IMG/VR virus record: IMGVR_UViG_3300042298_003554
DNA: 64,000 bases
Direction: 5' to 3' (one strand)
From: an uncultured virus (IMG/VR IMGVR_UViG_3300042298_003554)
Taxonomy: Duplodnaviria > Heunggongvirae > Uroviricota > Caudoviricetes
The position numbers and the translations under genes are program-made. A model generated the notes under the pieces. The model worked only from the letters and a program-made list of their open reading frames with translations. It did no database searches and had not been told where the DNA came from. How positions within the stretch are numbered: position 1 is the stretch's first letter; each line of letters opens with the position of its first letter. Below, piece after piece: positions 20,801-30,697 of this stretch.

Positions 20801-22627
20801 TAATTCTGGGCCTTCTACTTTTTCCCACTGACAAATAAATTGATTAGCAATAAGATTGTATGCATTATTTCCCCTGCCATATATGGCAGCATCAACAGGA
20901 CTTAATCTTAGATCAACAGCTAAGTCTAAAACCCTTAATCTTGGATATATTCTAATAGGAGGCTTTTGTATAGTGCTTGTTCTTTGACCATCTACTATAT
21001 TCTGTACTAATGGAGCAGTATAATTCCAGTATAATACTGAACCATTACCTTGCCACGATGAAGGACTATAATCAACAGGTCCTGTTGCGCCCTCAATAAT
21101 TCGAGGAGTATTAGAGATACCATCAATATAATTAGTATTTAAAACAATACCAAGACTAGATCCATATCTAGCAAGCCTTCCTCTAATATCGTAATAAGGA
21201 TCTATTGTATTAACAATATTTGGTTTTATATGATTATTAAGATATATTGTATTTTTAGTTACATTATTAACTTTTAATAGTATTGTTGCTGTTTCTTCAG
21301 AAAAATTAGTTTCATAACTTAATTGACCGACTCTAACAGTCTTATTATTTATAACCGTTGTGTTCGTTAATTCTTTCGGTACAAACATATCTCCAACTTC
21401 ATTATATAGAACACTATCTCCATATTTAAGTCCTTGATATGATACCGAAGCATTTCCCGTAAGTTTTAATTTAGCTCCATATTTATTAATAAATTTTTGA
21501 AATAATTCTGAATTATTATTAATAATATTATTAAAAGAAGATATTTCATAAGCATTAAACTCTATCGCTATAGCGTCCAAAACAGTTCTTAGGTTATTAA
21601 AATCGATAGATATAGAAGATGATGTTGAATTTAAATATGTATTAACGGCTGTTTTTAGCGTATTTGATGGATCCAATAAAGCATTAATAAAAAATTCAGA
21701 TATAAATGGACTAGTAGCTAATGAATGAGAAAGCTTTTTAAATAATCTTAGTTTTCTTAGCGATCTGCTTTGATTAACACTTATTAAAGGAGCATCTATC
21801 GTTAAAGCATTATATATATTAGTATAATACTGATACAAGGATGCTGATATGTATGATCGTGGTCCTATATCTTTTCTCAGATTTGCTTCTTTTTCCACAT
21901 TATTATAGAAGTAAAAAATCTGATCTCCATCAGGGATCCAAAGAACTTTTTTTCCTGAGCCATATAAAGAAAAGATTGTTCTTATTGTTAATCCTTCTGC
22001 GTTTGTGGCCGGTGGTTCTTTAAGAAGAATATCTCCATAATTATCATAATTGAATGTAATATTATTTGATAAAAAAGTGTAAGAAGATCCTCTGTCCGGA
22101 GTTATACGCCTAACAATATTAGAGTCTATTTTAATATAAGTATTATTATTGTATTCTAGTTTGCTATAAATAGGAAATTTATCTATACTACCTGTTTTAG
22201 GTGGTATAATTTTGCCCCAACAAGATAATCCTCCATACACAGTATATGGCGATCTTGCTCTGTTTGTTATCCAGTCTATAGTCATTGTTCCGTTGGAGGT
22301 CCAATTTCTAAATTTTGGCGCAAAAGTTATAAAATCATCTATTCCTAGTCTATTTGTAGTAAAGTCTTTATTATTCCATATTGATCCATAATGGCTAATA
22401 GTCTTATATAATACCTGAGTGTCCGAATCGATAATATAAGGTGTCCAATGCCCTGTTGTTGCAACAATATCAAATATTGATTGTCCATTAATTAATCGAA
22501 CAGAATATGGGGTTGTCGAATTATCTGACCAGACTATATTATCACCCGAAACAGAATAAGAAAATAAATCTTGTTGAAAAGTATTATTTGTGATATTACA
22601 ATTTTGAGATAAGTCTAATAGAGACAT
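14825..22627 (-). CDS. Very large virion/tail-associated protein (2600 aa)
   Basis: Long ORF at the end of the tail operon. Contains a PKD/Ig-like segment (CQWEKVEGP...GKYTIKCTVNSPYG) and a possible P-domain-like segment (SDIEVKLNF...LAIWIE...NWEIIIH). Confidence 0.55.
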   Translation of the reverse strand: MSLLDLSQNCNITNNTFQQDLFSYSVSGDNIVWSDNSTTPYSVRLINGQSIFDIVATTGHWTPYIIDSDTQVLYKTISHYGSIWNNKDFTTNRLGIDDFITFAPKFRNWTSNGTMTIDWITNRARSPYTVYGGLSCWGKIIPPKTGSIDKFPIYSKLEYNNNTYIKIDSNIVRRITPDRGSSYTFLSNNITFNYDNYGDILLKEPPATNAEGLTIRTIFSLYGSGKKVLWIPDGDQIFYFYNNVEKEANLRKDIGPRSYISASLYQYYTNIYNALTIDAPLISVNQSRSLRKLRLFKKLSHSLATSPFISEFFINALLDPSNTLKTAVNTYLNSTSSSISIDFNNLRTVLDAIAIEFNAYEISSFNNIINNNSELFQKFINKYGAKLKLTGNASVSYQGLKYGDSVLYNEVGDMFVPKELTNTTVINNKTVRVGQLSYETNFSEETATILLKVNNVTKNTIYLNNHIKPNIVNTIDPYYDIRGRLARYGSSLGIVLNTNYIDGISNTPRIIEGATGPVDYSPSSWQGNGSVLYWNYTAPLVQNIVDGQRTSTIQKPPIRIYPRLRVLDLAVDLRLSPVDAAIYGRGNNAYNLIANQFICQWEKVEGPELRFVDFNKKPNLNQPLGISPDTDVYGEPIGNSNTTALGFTANGPEVIMIPSNLGKYTIKCTVNSPYGSYVLYRTIFVVDGRPGIFYNRYYEVTDDMMPIYTRQEGDDPILALDYYAIGMNFVYQRDNNTGQEIVPNDIFPLVTQDIINEFSLQNRRIRINQDNLKIHGANLGSYAIHRNGLFTGIDSEYYIETVYQNERPIEKLSNNNFQFLFSESEPIQPRTQDSSFTIDYILNNTVVKLDSIILENIRQDNEECSQCYSLYNPKFRAYITKKNSADTGRTIFERSRKAPDDFGVQKYNYNLQTNSVTTSDIIYYQYPIISTDIAPPIKSYGGYGYKVLNKIGITGIPNHTKPTTTRNNVGIIAESPYVLPSVTGHKLDYEDDYENQMTPGPLGGGKIGYKFCYQKYIDQTNNSIEFTKGVFNPNSGWIMNSNDNLSSVLKFNPGARDSFSFVGPSIDRLSTFTSTDMLKPSIYSSSISIKINPLIVWSPGPEIMGDSNKCCGAPCVPGAKAEYYWGNDIGLDISDQFQATVPDEAGAGYHHGYRILGGGLSKTAETNYKDQQDPSNDEFKLFTDKIKNKHSYYFNTVGYNKKITPPPSFINIFSLDPSQQDPLLRNQAIEELNSPNRWGLRNPKILSLNASDIEVKLNFLNSINTKNLAIWIEMKPSAGSLLPPLAQDNRRPQSQSPIVTTNNFIDQIFDPKTYMGDYLNYADPNFPSSYSIDVLNQDLNRFLIDLTNHNSVSGSYETMKLFLLNQETVQNQQYNFSLTFSDRANASSCLFDINSYSNSKIKPNQEILLNNGRCRPSYSSPGYSTKQNSYYRNLIQYHKLNITNNTLSKFCSKSLFIGVLQSDSCQPIFPIHNSSTEFVLKVAILDEEDEMFPIDTIISSDLYTNLVGSTKLSPNNIFNNLCNWEIIIHGGKTPKPYVQSVNNIDTYGSTDALSLISYGDHPQYPGYSFIADLSDSLFLLPYINQNAPNTFFQNCDLCNNLSVDPIIRNQPFIERPRFPSEAILAITANRVGALVLGRGGPYQALVDYFNASSAIYNLEFAQREAYDIEYDSYTNGGSDKVLLNVSDDGCFWYKLEASIFKLDNTPALPLQKYQFHKGSGDLFKFDFEIINQKKDLIDESFIDNFIDEQSCQDSTSVECNPNNIPTIDLLNNNEYISYNKVLAFNNIFQYLNNTSYEIISIDNSIAYDLFDRNDIVRLTNCSLENDNSDIPIRVVAKSLIYKDNSYKTILVLYKGSAVIPCGQIRVPNNIIIVYASNNTHYSLNKISPISDIGLHVDRFPKPDQMNTFSTNSIGSYGDGSVVKAKNILSDTISLYSLEPLYELLNNHKHDKFFYNSLFLNGSGINPSSIKAYPTYYNTSNINSNSVKNSFYYIQQDSVQNIENLLDNNHNTLNDNKTYLKDKSYNMLYLKISDTNNFISSLPIGIVGDIQIENSYTYKETIEKLTDTEFSTLTSRLAVINMEKIQSLDNLVGNTRSTASILNSDSIKYIQDHYSAIEDDPANCGNLCYKKQTLNKLTKLYTERSEILKLLEDQGIKKAKIYVRENDGPIEGEILYDDFGSQKIKLNNSQEFDKNSIFKIEYFYIPNPEKNIYTTTSGGILPNQKAIITSNIDGSINIVYNNLTKNKYWINIDPRQSCSIAEELRPKVLKATYYRVDLTNPPSETRRNLNANNNISPDFLYKGGNVFFGDVKVYNGPFSFTYLEKGADLNLAGQANAYAGIPVKSNTIELDTSGPIATKKTEIENQFAGKIYGWKEKFVERRFRIHNDKAIDSILDDNEFIIRVLEVYDVAITRLEFFSDLSISDLVSQNIVQNDFSADVGGGLLNGLSTDTKNRRPTRVYNIFNMNNLSSLKVQFRKTPRLIRGVDLAGTVLRYGSNTSYRPQSIVPAEAPDDIFSMANLNQPSLINNMYCWHCYQLEPETYRIISAEIPPIFQHMNEMWFRSFYGSADNIEVKGKVMKSQYDWETIPFEYFTKRIENSE

Positions 22628-22630
22628 AAA

Positions 22631-25600
22631 CTATCCTGTGGATATAAGAGTCCATTTCCCATTAATATAATTAAATAATCCTCGTGTTCCTAATGATAAA
22701 TTTAATGGATTAACAAAAGATGAAACATATGTTGGTACAATGCTAGATCTACGACCTTGTACATAAGACATTTCTATACTAACTTGATTATTACTTATTG
22801 TTCCTATAGCTGTTAATATTGGTTTTGCTATCGGTTCATAAAACCCTGTAGTTTTGTTGTATCGACATAATAGTTTTGCTCCTCTTGGAGCTGTATATCC
22901 GGCAGTATCTATAACATATACTAATCTTCTATAATTATTTTGTAAAGGTTCTTTGCTATACTCTAAATCGTCTATAAAAGCTCTTGTAGGATATGTACTA
23001 TCAAAATTATCTTCTTTAACCATATCTTGTTCTAATACAACATTTATCATTCTATATGGACATCTATTTGTTGTTCTATTATCTAAAAATTCTTGTAATG
23101 TATTTATATCGCTTTTATTACTGACTATGAACGGTGGCAGTGCCTCTTCTTTACATCCGCCACTAGCGTCCCAAACTCTTCTTTCGCTATCCCATCTTAG
23201 ATCTATGGGTCCTACTGGCCAAAGATCCGGTCTTTCTCCCCATTTTGGATGAAAAAATTTAGATTTTTTATTTGATATTTTACTCCATCTATTATTAATA
23301 AATTGGTAATTAACTGGAATAATATCTCCTAGTCTCGTTCCAGCAGATGGTACATATTGTCCAGCTTTAGTTAGATCATTTTTCATAGTTCCTGTGTCTA
23401 ACACAAATCTTAAAGGTCTATTATAATTATCAAATTGTAAAGGTTGTCCTGTCGCATTAGGTACGGGATATCCATCAATATCAAAGCCCCAACCATGTAA
23501 CATGATTGGTCCCCTAAGAGAAAAAAATCTTTGATTCATCAATATTCCGCTATTGTTGACAGGAAAACTAGTATCGAATTGACCATAATCGAATTCGCCA
23601 CTATTAGCATATACTAAAAAGTTTTTATTTCCAGTTGGTAAAGAAGATCCCCTTGATATTGCTAAAACACTGTGTTTGCCAATATGTCCAGATGGACAAT
23701 AAGGATTTGCAAATTCTCCACTTGATACTATGATCGGATTCAAACTATATAGATTTATGTCTGGTAAACCAGTTTCTCTGGTGGGATTCTTGTCTGTTTT
23801 AACAATAGTTGTTTGAGACTTGGAACAAACTGGACAAGCAATTTGTAAATCGGTTTTTGTTCTTCGATTACTATTATAGTCAACATAACTCATAGTAATA
23901 AATCTAGTATTTCCACACCTTGGACATATTGGAGTAATAGGATAGCCAGATATTTTTATAGAATGATCACTAAGACTATATGTTGTATTTAATCTGGTTG
24001 GATAGAAAGAAACAGGAGATAATAATCCATCAAGACTCATGGCTGATTTACTATCGTAGTCATTCATTAATTCGGCACCGGTTTCAACTCCTGGAATTAT
24101 ACCGGCCCAATGATGGTTTCTTCTACTTTTATTAAATGACTGTAGTGTGCGAGCCCCAGAAGGCGGAGACGGAGCAAATTCTGTTGCTTGACCAACTATT
24201 AATTCTACAGGACTTGTTCCGAATAGTTGCGTAGCGTTTTTTCCTATACTATATGGCTCTCTAGATGTTTTTGCTGTTTCTTTAATATCCAAAATGTTTT
24301 TAAGTTGTTTATTTCCTATTTGGTTAGATTTACCAAAAAGTAATTTATTAAATTTTAATGCTTGAGAATTTTGTTTTTTAATATTGTCACTAAATTCTTT
24401 ATTAAATAATCCTGTTTTTGGACTATATGTCTGAAAGCTATAACTGGTTCTTATTCCATCAGATGATGTTTGTATACTAATATTACTTATTAATGCGCTT
24501 ACCCCATAACTTTGTTGTTGTAATTGTACGGTTTGATACGATATTGGACTTGGACTAGAGTTATTATTATCTATAAAAATAACAGAATAATCAGTTTTAC
24601 TATAGAAACTATTATCATAAACTATATAAGCAGCATTTCCTCTATAACTATTTACTGAAGATACTCTTTCATAAGAAAAAGCTCCGCCTATGCCAAAAAT
24701 AGGAGGTCCAACTATTGAAACTCTACCATTTTCTATTATGCTTTGATAATTAACATCCACATTCATACTATAAGAGATTACTTTATCTAATTGACTCATT
24801 CCACCATAATTCCACGGTACATAATCATTATTTTGTTCAACTTTAATATTTCCAATTAAATTGTCTGCTAAACTAGGATTCATAGCAAGGCCCGGATAAT
24901 TGGTCCAAGGGCCGTAAACAGCCCTGTTACTTTTTAGAGGAACAGCAGCAAAAAACGGAGTGGCCATTTTGGGATTTAGTGATTGATTACCAGGAGATGA
25001 ATTAGCGGTTGGTCCTTGAGGTACTAATCTTCTAATATCAATAGCTAGTGGTGAAATAAAACTTAATAAATATTCTAGATATTGTAGTTCTATCGGTTCT
25101 ATTGTGGCTTGTATTGTACGATCAGATCTTATAAGATTTTCTAGATTTATAAACATACAATAATCTTCTAAAGCAATATTGCTTATAACAGATAAATTAG
25201 GATCTGTAGAATAACTATAGCTAGCATTTGCCAAAGTAATTCCAGGTGCATCAACAATAATTCTAGGACCAGAAAGATTAATTGGATTGATAAAAACAAT
25301 CTTATCTGAATTAGTTTTTGTATACAGTTTATTTGATGGAACGGGTCTGTTAAAACTATCCGTATTTAGTATATTTTTTTGGATATTAACATATGATCCT
25401 GGTTCTATGCTAGATATATCCAATGAAGGAATATATATTTTAGTCGGATCAGAGCAAGCTATGTTGTCTCTGATCAGTCTCCTTAATTCTTCTGGCTTAT
25501 TAGCGTTATTCGTTATTGTAAAACCAGCTTGAGATATAAGATCTCTTTTTGCAGCAGCATCTAGAGAACACCAATATCTGGTAAGATCATCAATATTAGA

Positions 25601-28507
25601 GCTATTATTATAGCCTAGGATTGTTGGAATCAAACCGTCTTCGTTTCTCAACACATGCCAGTTGGGATCTCCACAAACAATACTGTCGTCTATATAGTTT
25701 CCATACTCCTCCCATGCTCCGTCAACAATTTCATAGTCATAAAAGATTTGATTGCTTCCTTGAAACACAGAAATATTTCCAACCGTAGACGGTAATTGGA
25801 TATTAGCATATTGAGTATCCTTATAGGAATACAAAGCAGGAGATTTAATAGCATATTTTTTACCATAATATGTATCACTGATATTCTTAATAAAAGCAAA
25901 TATTATTTGTAAATCTTTAATAAAATTATGATTTAGCCATATATCCCAATTCATATCCATTTTTGTTCTTAATCCCGGCACTGGACTTGACGGAACACCA
26001 TTTTGAGAAGTGCTACTATTTGAGGTTAGTTTTCCATCGATGCCACTAATGCCTCCTCCAGTATCAACAGAAGGCATAGGTGATGGAGCTGTTGTAAAAA
26101 GACCTTTAGCTTTATAGGCATTAACTAACATTACAAACAAATCAGGCTTACTATACTTTGATTTACCTAAACAATATGTCAAATAACTATCAAAATTTGG
26201 ACATCTAAATTCTGATTCTTTAATAGTAAAACCAGGAAAAGTATAATTTAAGGTTCTTGTTGGATTAATACCACTAGATGCTGGACCTCCAAAATTTGTT
26301 GCGGGAGGTACTGGTGGGGTACCACCAGCTGTGATCTCTGAAGATGCTCCTTGGACACCCCCTCCTGTTTGATTTGCTCCTGATTGTTGAGGAAAAAGAT
26401 TAGGGTTGTATATGCTTAGTGGTTCGCCAACTGATAAAATTGGTAATTCATCTAAACTAAATAATACAGTAATCTGGTGAGTCCATGTATCAAATAATAC
26501 TGGTCTTGGCGATCTAAATTCGTTAGTATTATCTCCTATAGGCGCTCTAGTTTCTGATTTTAAACCAAAATATGGACTAATTACATCATTTGATAAGGAC
26601 ACAAATCTGGTTTGTACAGTAACGGGAGCGGTTGGTTGTGGGTCGATAATTGTTGGTTTATAGTTACCTCGTACTATATTCTCTGCTCTTCCTAGCTCTA
26701 TGTCTGACCACTCAGGTATCGGAGAAGTAAATCTGGTACTTGCATCGTTATCATCTCTTAAAAAGATCGGGCTTTCTACCGGATGAACAAAGTCTGATAC
26801 TATTCTATTTCTAGTAGAAGATAAATCAGGATTACGAATTTTATTAATTCTATTTTTTGGATTATTAGAATTTAAATTCATAAATTGTTTAGTAATAGGA
26901 TTATATACTAAATTATTTTGATGATAAGATAATCTATAATTTTTGACTTGGTATAGTCTTTGTTGATTTCCTCCAAAAATTAATTTACGAGTAAAATTAT
27001 TATTTTTTTCTTGACCAAAACTACTATTTTCTATCTCGTAGTTATTTTGCTCCAAAGTTAAAATAACATTTGGTATTTGATAAAGAGGATTATAGTTTCT
27101 TCGATCAACGGTTAGAATTTTTATGATAAAGTCTGTATAAGTACCATTTTGTACAGGAACAACTATTGATAAAAAATCTACTCCAGTATCGTCTGTTATT
27201 TGTCTAATCAAAGATAGTATGCTTAAGCTGGGATTTCCCTGAATTCTATACAAATCCGGAGGTCTTGGCAAACTACTCAAATCTAGTCTAAAGCTATTAT
27301 AGCCTGTTGATGGGTCCGCTTGTGTTCTTTGTGGTATTGTTGGCCCAATAATACCAAAAGATCCAAGACTATTCACCACAGATCCGGTTCTTGCATTAGA
27401 TATTGTTTTTGTAATAATTCTACCAAATGGTGAAAATGCTTTATCAGATACTGTTGTTCTACTATTGAAATTAATACTTGATGTTAATGCTTGTAATGCG
27501 TCTATAATATCACTTGCTTTTAAACCCTCGCTATTTAATTTGGATCCTCCGAAACCACTATTACCCATACTTTCCAAAAATCCATATACATTAAATACAT
27601 TCGGTAAATTTCCTCTTTTTATTTTTTCATCAAATCTTGGAATAGTACCAGGCGCAGTGTTAGCTAATGGAAAATTAACTGGTCCTCCTATTTGGTTTGG
27701 TTGTAGATTGGTTGTAGATGCTATTCCAGCATCTCCAAGACCATCTAATATGCTTTGAAGAACAGAGGAGTTAACATTAAAAATAGCTCCATTAAAAGAT
27801 TGTAAAATAACATGACAATTATCTAATATCTCATCAAAACTTTCTATAGTAACAGTATACGATATGCCACCAGGCCTATTGTTTCTTTCCCAATTTTTTA
27901 CTAATCCTATAAATTCAAAATTATCGAACTTAAAATAAACTGGTGTGTTTATTATATCATAAATAAATAAATCGGAGCTTGATCCACCGCGACCCAAAGA
28001 AGGGACGTATATGCCATTATGATTAATTCGTGTTCCAGTAGCAAAAAAACCAGGATCTTCTGCATACCAATACTTAGAAACAAATTTACCATTGACCCAT
28101 TCATAAAATATTTTACCGGGAACATTCTTTTCTTTTTTTGTTGGACTACTACTATATGGTCTTCCTAGTTCGTCCACATAACAACTATCCGTTCCACCAC
28201 AAGTATAATAATGATCATTAGGATAGGAGCTTGGAATATAATGAGGAACGGTATAAGCATCGTCTCCTATTGATCGTCCGGGAGTGGCGGCATGGCCCCT
28301 CGGCAAAGTATTAGTTCCATCCACAATCAATTCACCATAATCAGCAGTTTTATTTTGATTAAATTTTCTAAAAGGAAATTTTCCAAAAGGTTGAAAATCT
28401 TCTACTAATTCTACGGTAATAGAACTACTAGTTCCACCCCATCCAATATTGCTACTAAAACTACTAACACTAGCTCCTAAAAATAATGTTTGTCCTACAA
28501 TTTTCAT
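22631..28507 (-). CDS. Large tail tip/baseplate-hub-like protein (1958 aa)
   Basis: N-terminal FLGASVSSFSSNIGWGGTSSSITVELVED and late ISNISIQTSSDGIRTSYSF fit hub-type beta architecture. Internal CPRC...CPVC; position in the tail operon. Confidence 0.5.
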   Translation of the reverse strand: MKIVGQTLFLGASVSSFSSNIGWGGTSSSITVELVEDFQPFGKFPFRKFNQNKTADYGELIVDGTNTLPRGHAATPGRSIGDDAYTVPHYIPSSYPNDHYYTCGGTDSCYVDELGRPYSSSPTKKEKNVPGKIFYEWVNGKFVSKYWYAEDPGFFATGTRINHNGIYVPSLGRGGSSSDLFIYDIINTPVYFKFDNFEFIGLVKNWERNNRPGGISYTVTIESFDEILDNCHVILQSFNGAIFNVNSSVLQSILDGLGDAGIASTTNLQPNQIGGPVNFPLANTAPGTIPRFDEKIKRGNLPNVFNVYGFLESMGNSGFGGSKLNSEGLKASDIIDALQALTSSINFNSRTTVSDKAFSPFGRIITKTISNARTGSVVNSLGSFGIIGPTIPQRTQADPSTGYNSFRLDLSSLPRPPDLYRIQGNPSLSILSLIRQITDDTGVDFLSIVVPVQNGTYTDFIIKILTVDRRNYNPLYQIPNVILTLEQNNYEIENSSFGQEKNNNFTRKLIFGGNQQRLYQVKNYRLSYHQNNLVYNPITKQFMNLNSNNPKNRINKIRNPDLSSTRNRIVSDFVHPVESPIFLRDDNDASTRFTSPIPEWSDIELGRAENIVRGNYKPTIIDPQPTAPVTVQTRFVSLSNDVISPYFGLKSETRAPIGDNTNEFRSPRPVLFDTWTHQITVLFSLDELPILSVGEPLSIYNPNLFPQQSGANQTGGGVQGASSEITAGGTPPVPPATNFGGPASSGINPTRTLNYTFPGFTIKESEFRCPNFDSYLTYCLGKSKYSKPDLFVMLVNAYKAKGLFTTAPSPMPSVDTGGGISGIDGKLTSNSSTSQNGVPSSPVPGLRTKMDMNWDIWLNHNFIKDLQIIFAFIKNISDTYYGKKYAIKSPALYSYKDTQYANIQLPSTVGNISVFQGSNQIFYDYEIVDGAWEEYGNYIDDSIVCGDPNWHVLRNEDGLIPTILGYNNSSNIDDLTRYWCSLDAAAKRDLISQAGFTITNNANKPEELRRLIRDNIACSDPTKIYIPSLDISSIEPGSYVNIQKNILNTDSFNRPVPSNKLYTKTNSDKIVFINPINLSGPRIIVDAPGITLANASYSYSTDPNLSVISNIALEDYCMFINLENLIRSDRTIQATIEPIELQYLEYLLSFISPLAIDIRRLVPQGPTANSSPGNQSLNPKMATPFFAAVPLKSNRAVYGPWTNYPGLAMNPSLADNLIGNIKVEQNNDYVPWNYGGMSQLDKVISYSMNVDVNYQSIIENGRVSIVGPPIFGIGGAFSYERVSSVNSYRGNAAYIVYDNSFYSKTDYSVIFIDNNNSSPSPISYQTVQLQQQSYGVSALISNISIQTSSDGIRTSYSFQTYSPKTGLFNKEFSDNIKKQNSQALKFNKLLFGKSNQIGNKQLKNILDIKETAKTSREPYSIGKNATQLFGTSPVELIVGQATEFAPSPPSGARTLQSFNKSRRNHHWAGIIPGVETGAELMNDYDSKSAMSLDGLLSPVSFYPTRLNTTYSLSDHSIKISGYPITPICPRCGNTRFITMSYVDYNSNRRTKTDLQIACPVCSKSQTTIVKTDKNPTRETGLPDINLYSLNPIIVSSGEFANPYCPSGHIGKHSVLAISRGSSLPTGNKNFLVYANSGEFDYGQFDTSFPVNNSGILMNQRFFSLRGPIMLHGWGFDIDGYPVPNATGQPLQFDNYNRPLRFVLDTGTMKNDLTKAGQYVPSAGTRLGDIIPVNYQFINNRWSKISNKKSKFFHPKWGERPDLWPVGPIDLRWDSERRVWDASGGCKEEALPPFIVSNKSDINTLQEFLDNRTTNRCPYRMINVVLEQDMVKEDNFDSTYPTRAFIDDLEYSKEPLQNNYRRLVYVIDTAGYTAPRGAKLLCRYNKTTGFYEPIAKPILTAIGTISNNQVSIEMSYVQGRRSSIVPTYVSSFVNPLNLSLGTRGLFNYINGKWTLISTG

Positions 28508-28509
28508 AA

Positions 28510-30471
28510 TTAATGATCCCTAAAATCAACACCTATATTAGCTTGCTGATATGTCCAACTAACATTACGAGAATATTTTCCTGTTGTGGGACTCCATTGT
28601 TCGCTATCACTAGATGTGTATACTACACCATTTATTGACATTGAGGGTTCGTTTAAAAAAGAACTAGGAGAATATGGTCTATGAGCCTCTATAAGCTGCT
28701 CAATTGTGCTAAATAAATATCCATTTTTATGCAATGGACATGATGGGTGATTTAATGACGATTGGAGTACTGATGTTACCGGCGGAATACCGATTTCAAC
28801 GCTTATGGTTTTTTTAGGTGTTGATCTGCCTGTTCTTTGTATTATGGGACCTAATGCTCGACCAATAATTTGTAGTTCACTAGTATTATCAACAGGATTG
28901 TCATAACTAATACTAATATTTTCACTAATAACACCGCTTATAATAGTTAATCTGGTTGTATATTCATAACTATAGTTGATGGTTCCTTTTCGTGGATCAT
29001 GACCTTCACTAGTACCAATTGGTATGGTACTCAACAATGTTTCCCTACTATATATAGGATTATTAGGAACTGTTGGTGGCGTAGTAGTATATGCAGGCGT
29101 ATAATTTAATGTTCTATCTTCGCTATTTACTGCTAAACAAGCTCTTCTATATAACATTGGTTTAATATGGTTTAGCCAGGCATTAAGAGCATTCTGATAT
29201 TTATTATTAGCAATAGATTGAGAGGGTGGAAATATTGTTGTGCTAGGTGTTGTCATATCTAAAGTATTATAAGTTTGAGAATTAGTCTGTCCATTTACCA
29301 TATATGTATTTAATTTTAGTTGTGAATCAATGTCTCCACCATTGCCTGTTCCACTCGGCAATACTCCGCTATCCGTCATTAATCCTTGATTAGATATTGA
29401 TAAACCAGCAATATTGCCAGCAACTCTTACTGTTCTGATATAATCTTCTCCTGTTGATGTTTCTAGCGTATACGTTTCTGTGTACGGTACCCCACTAGGC
29501 ATAGCTAGCCAAGTATCATTAACTTCGTATGTTCCATTAAAAATATCAATATTAACAGTTCTATTATGATTAAAAGCAAATAAATTTTGATCAAATGGTG
29601 ATTTAAAATACGGAGAGCTATTATTGGTCGTATCGGATGTTTGAAATCCTTTTTTGGACATATATTCAACCCATGCTTTAGCAAAAACATAAGGTTTTGT
29701 ATTTTCATTATATAATTCTGATCTGGATATTTTTCCGCTCGGATCGTTTGGTCTAACCGATCCTTTAGCTGATAATCTACGAGTTATTCTGAATTGTGGA
29801 ATATTTAAAATTTTTAGAACATTAGTTTCGGTAGGCGGAGTATTTGATGATGACGATCTATTGATTTTTGGATTACTATATTCATATTTACCAAGTACGT
29901 TTCTATTAAAATCTGTAAATACAGCATCGTCCAGCGGCTCTATGCTCCAACTGTCCTGTCTTTCTGTAACAAATGCTTCTACTGGATCTCCTGACCATAA
30001 TCTTTGAGATCCTTCTAAATTAATAGTATAATCTGCTGTTTGTACCCAATTATCTTCTGTGTTACTAATTTGTATATCTCGCACCCTTAGTCCACTTACT
30101 TCGTGCAATACCGTACCATCACACTTAAATTTAAGAACTCCGTAAGGTTCTTGTGTAAAAAGATTTCTTAATCCGCTAACGCCAGCTATTATTCCACTAA
30201 ATCCTGGCATAGCAGCATTTAAATTTACTCCTGGTAAATTACCATTGTCTGGACGTCTTAAAATTTTGCCCACAAGATTAATGCTTGTGGTTACGCTCTC
30301 AGGCAGATCATTACCATTATTATTAAAACTATATCCAATATCTACAACAGGAACTGGTCCGGTTATGGTATGAATATCTATTCCATTATATTCAATAATT
30401 ATTTTTGGATTACTACCAATACTTTGATTAGTAAAATTGTTATCCTGTAAATTTAATTGATTATAAATCAT
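28510..30471 (-). CDS. Putative tail/baseplate structural protein (653 aa)
   Basis: Beta-rich ORF with repeated tube-like strands (TADYTINLE, GTYEVNDTW, GTINYSYEY, GKYSRNVSWTY); operon context. Confidence 0.5.
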   Translation of the reverse strand: MIYNQLNLQDNNFTNQSIGSNPKIIIEYNGIDIHTITGPVPVVDIGYSFNNNGNDLPESVTTSINLVGKILRRPDNGNLPGVNLNAAMPGFSGIIAGVSGLRNLFTQEPYGVLKFKCDGTVLHEVSGLRVRDIQISNTEDNWVQTADYTINLEGSQRLWSGDPVEAFVTERQDSWSIEPLDDAVFTDFNRNVLGKYEYSNPKINRSSSSNTPPTETNVLKILNIPQFRITRRLSAKGSVRPNDPSGKISRSELYNENTKPYVFAKAWVEYMSKKGFQTSDTTNNSSPYFKSPFDQNLFAFNHNRTVNIDIFNGTYEVNDTWLAMPSGVPYTETYTLETSTGEDYIRTVRVAGNIAGLSISNQGLMTDSGVLPSGTGNGGDIDSQLKLNTYMVNGQTNSQTYNTLDMTTPSTTIFPPSQSIANNKYQNALNAWLNHIKPMLYRRACLAVNSEDRTLNYTPAYTTTPPTVPNNPIYSRETLLSTIPIGTSEGHDPRKGTINYSYEYTTRLTIISGVISENISISYDNPVDNTSELQIIGRALGPIIQRTGRSTPKKTISVEIGIPPVTSVLQSSLNHPSCPLHKNGYLFSTIEQLIEAHRPYSPSSFLNEPSMSINGVVYTSSDSEQWSPTTGKYSRNVSWTYQQANIGVDFRDH

Positions 30472-30499
30472 ATCTGTACTTTAAAATCCTAAATAGTAA

Positions 30500-30688
30500 C
30501 TATGGTACTATGTTCGCATCTTCAAATAGTAGTTTTAATTCATCTATATTTAAATTTATACTATTATCATCAAAAATTTTATATTTAGTACCACTTAATA
30601 AATTTTCTTTTGCATATTGTACTAGATCTATATTTTTATTTGGAATAAATTTAATTAAATTATTTTCATAGTTAAATATTAGTATCAT
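30500..30688 (-). CDS. Small hypothetical protein, possibly a fibre assembly factor
   Basis: 62-aa ORF filling the gap directly downstream of a fibre-like gene. Confidence 0.45.
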   Translation of the reverse strand: MILIFNYENNLIKFIPNKNIDLVQYAKENLLSGTKYKIFDDNSINLNIDELKLLFEDANIVP

Positions 30689-30697
30689 ATATTTTCC

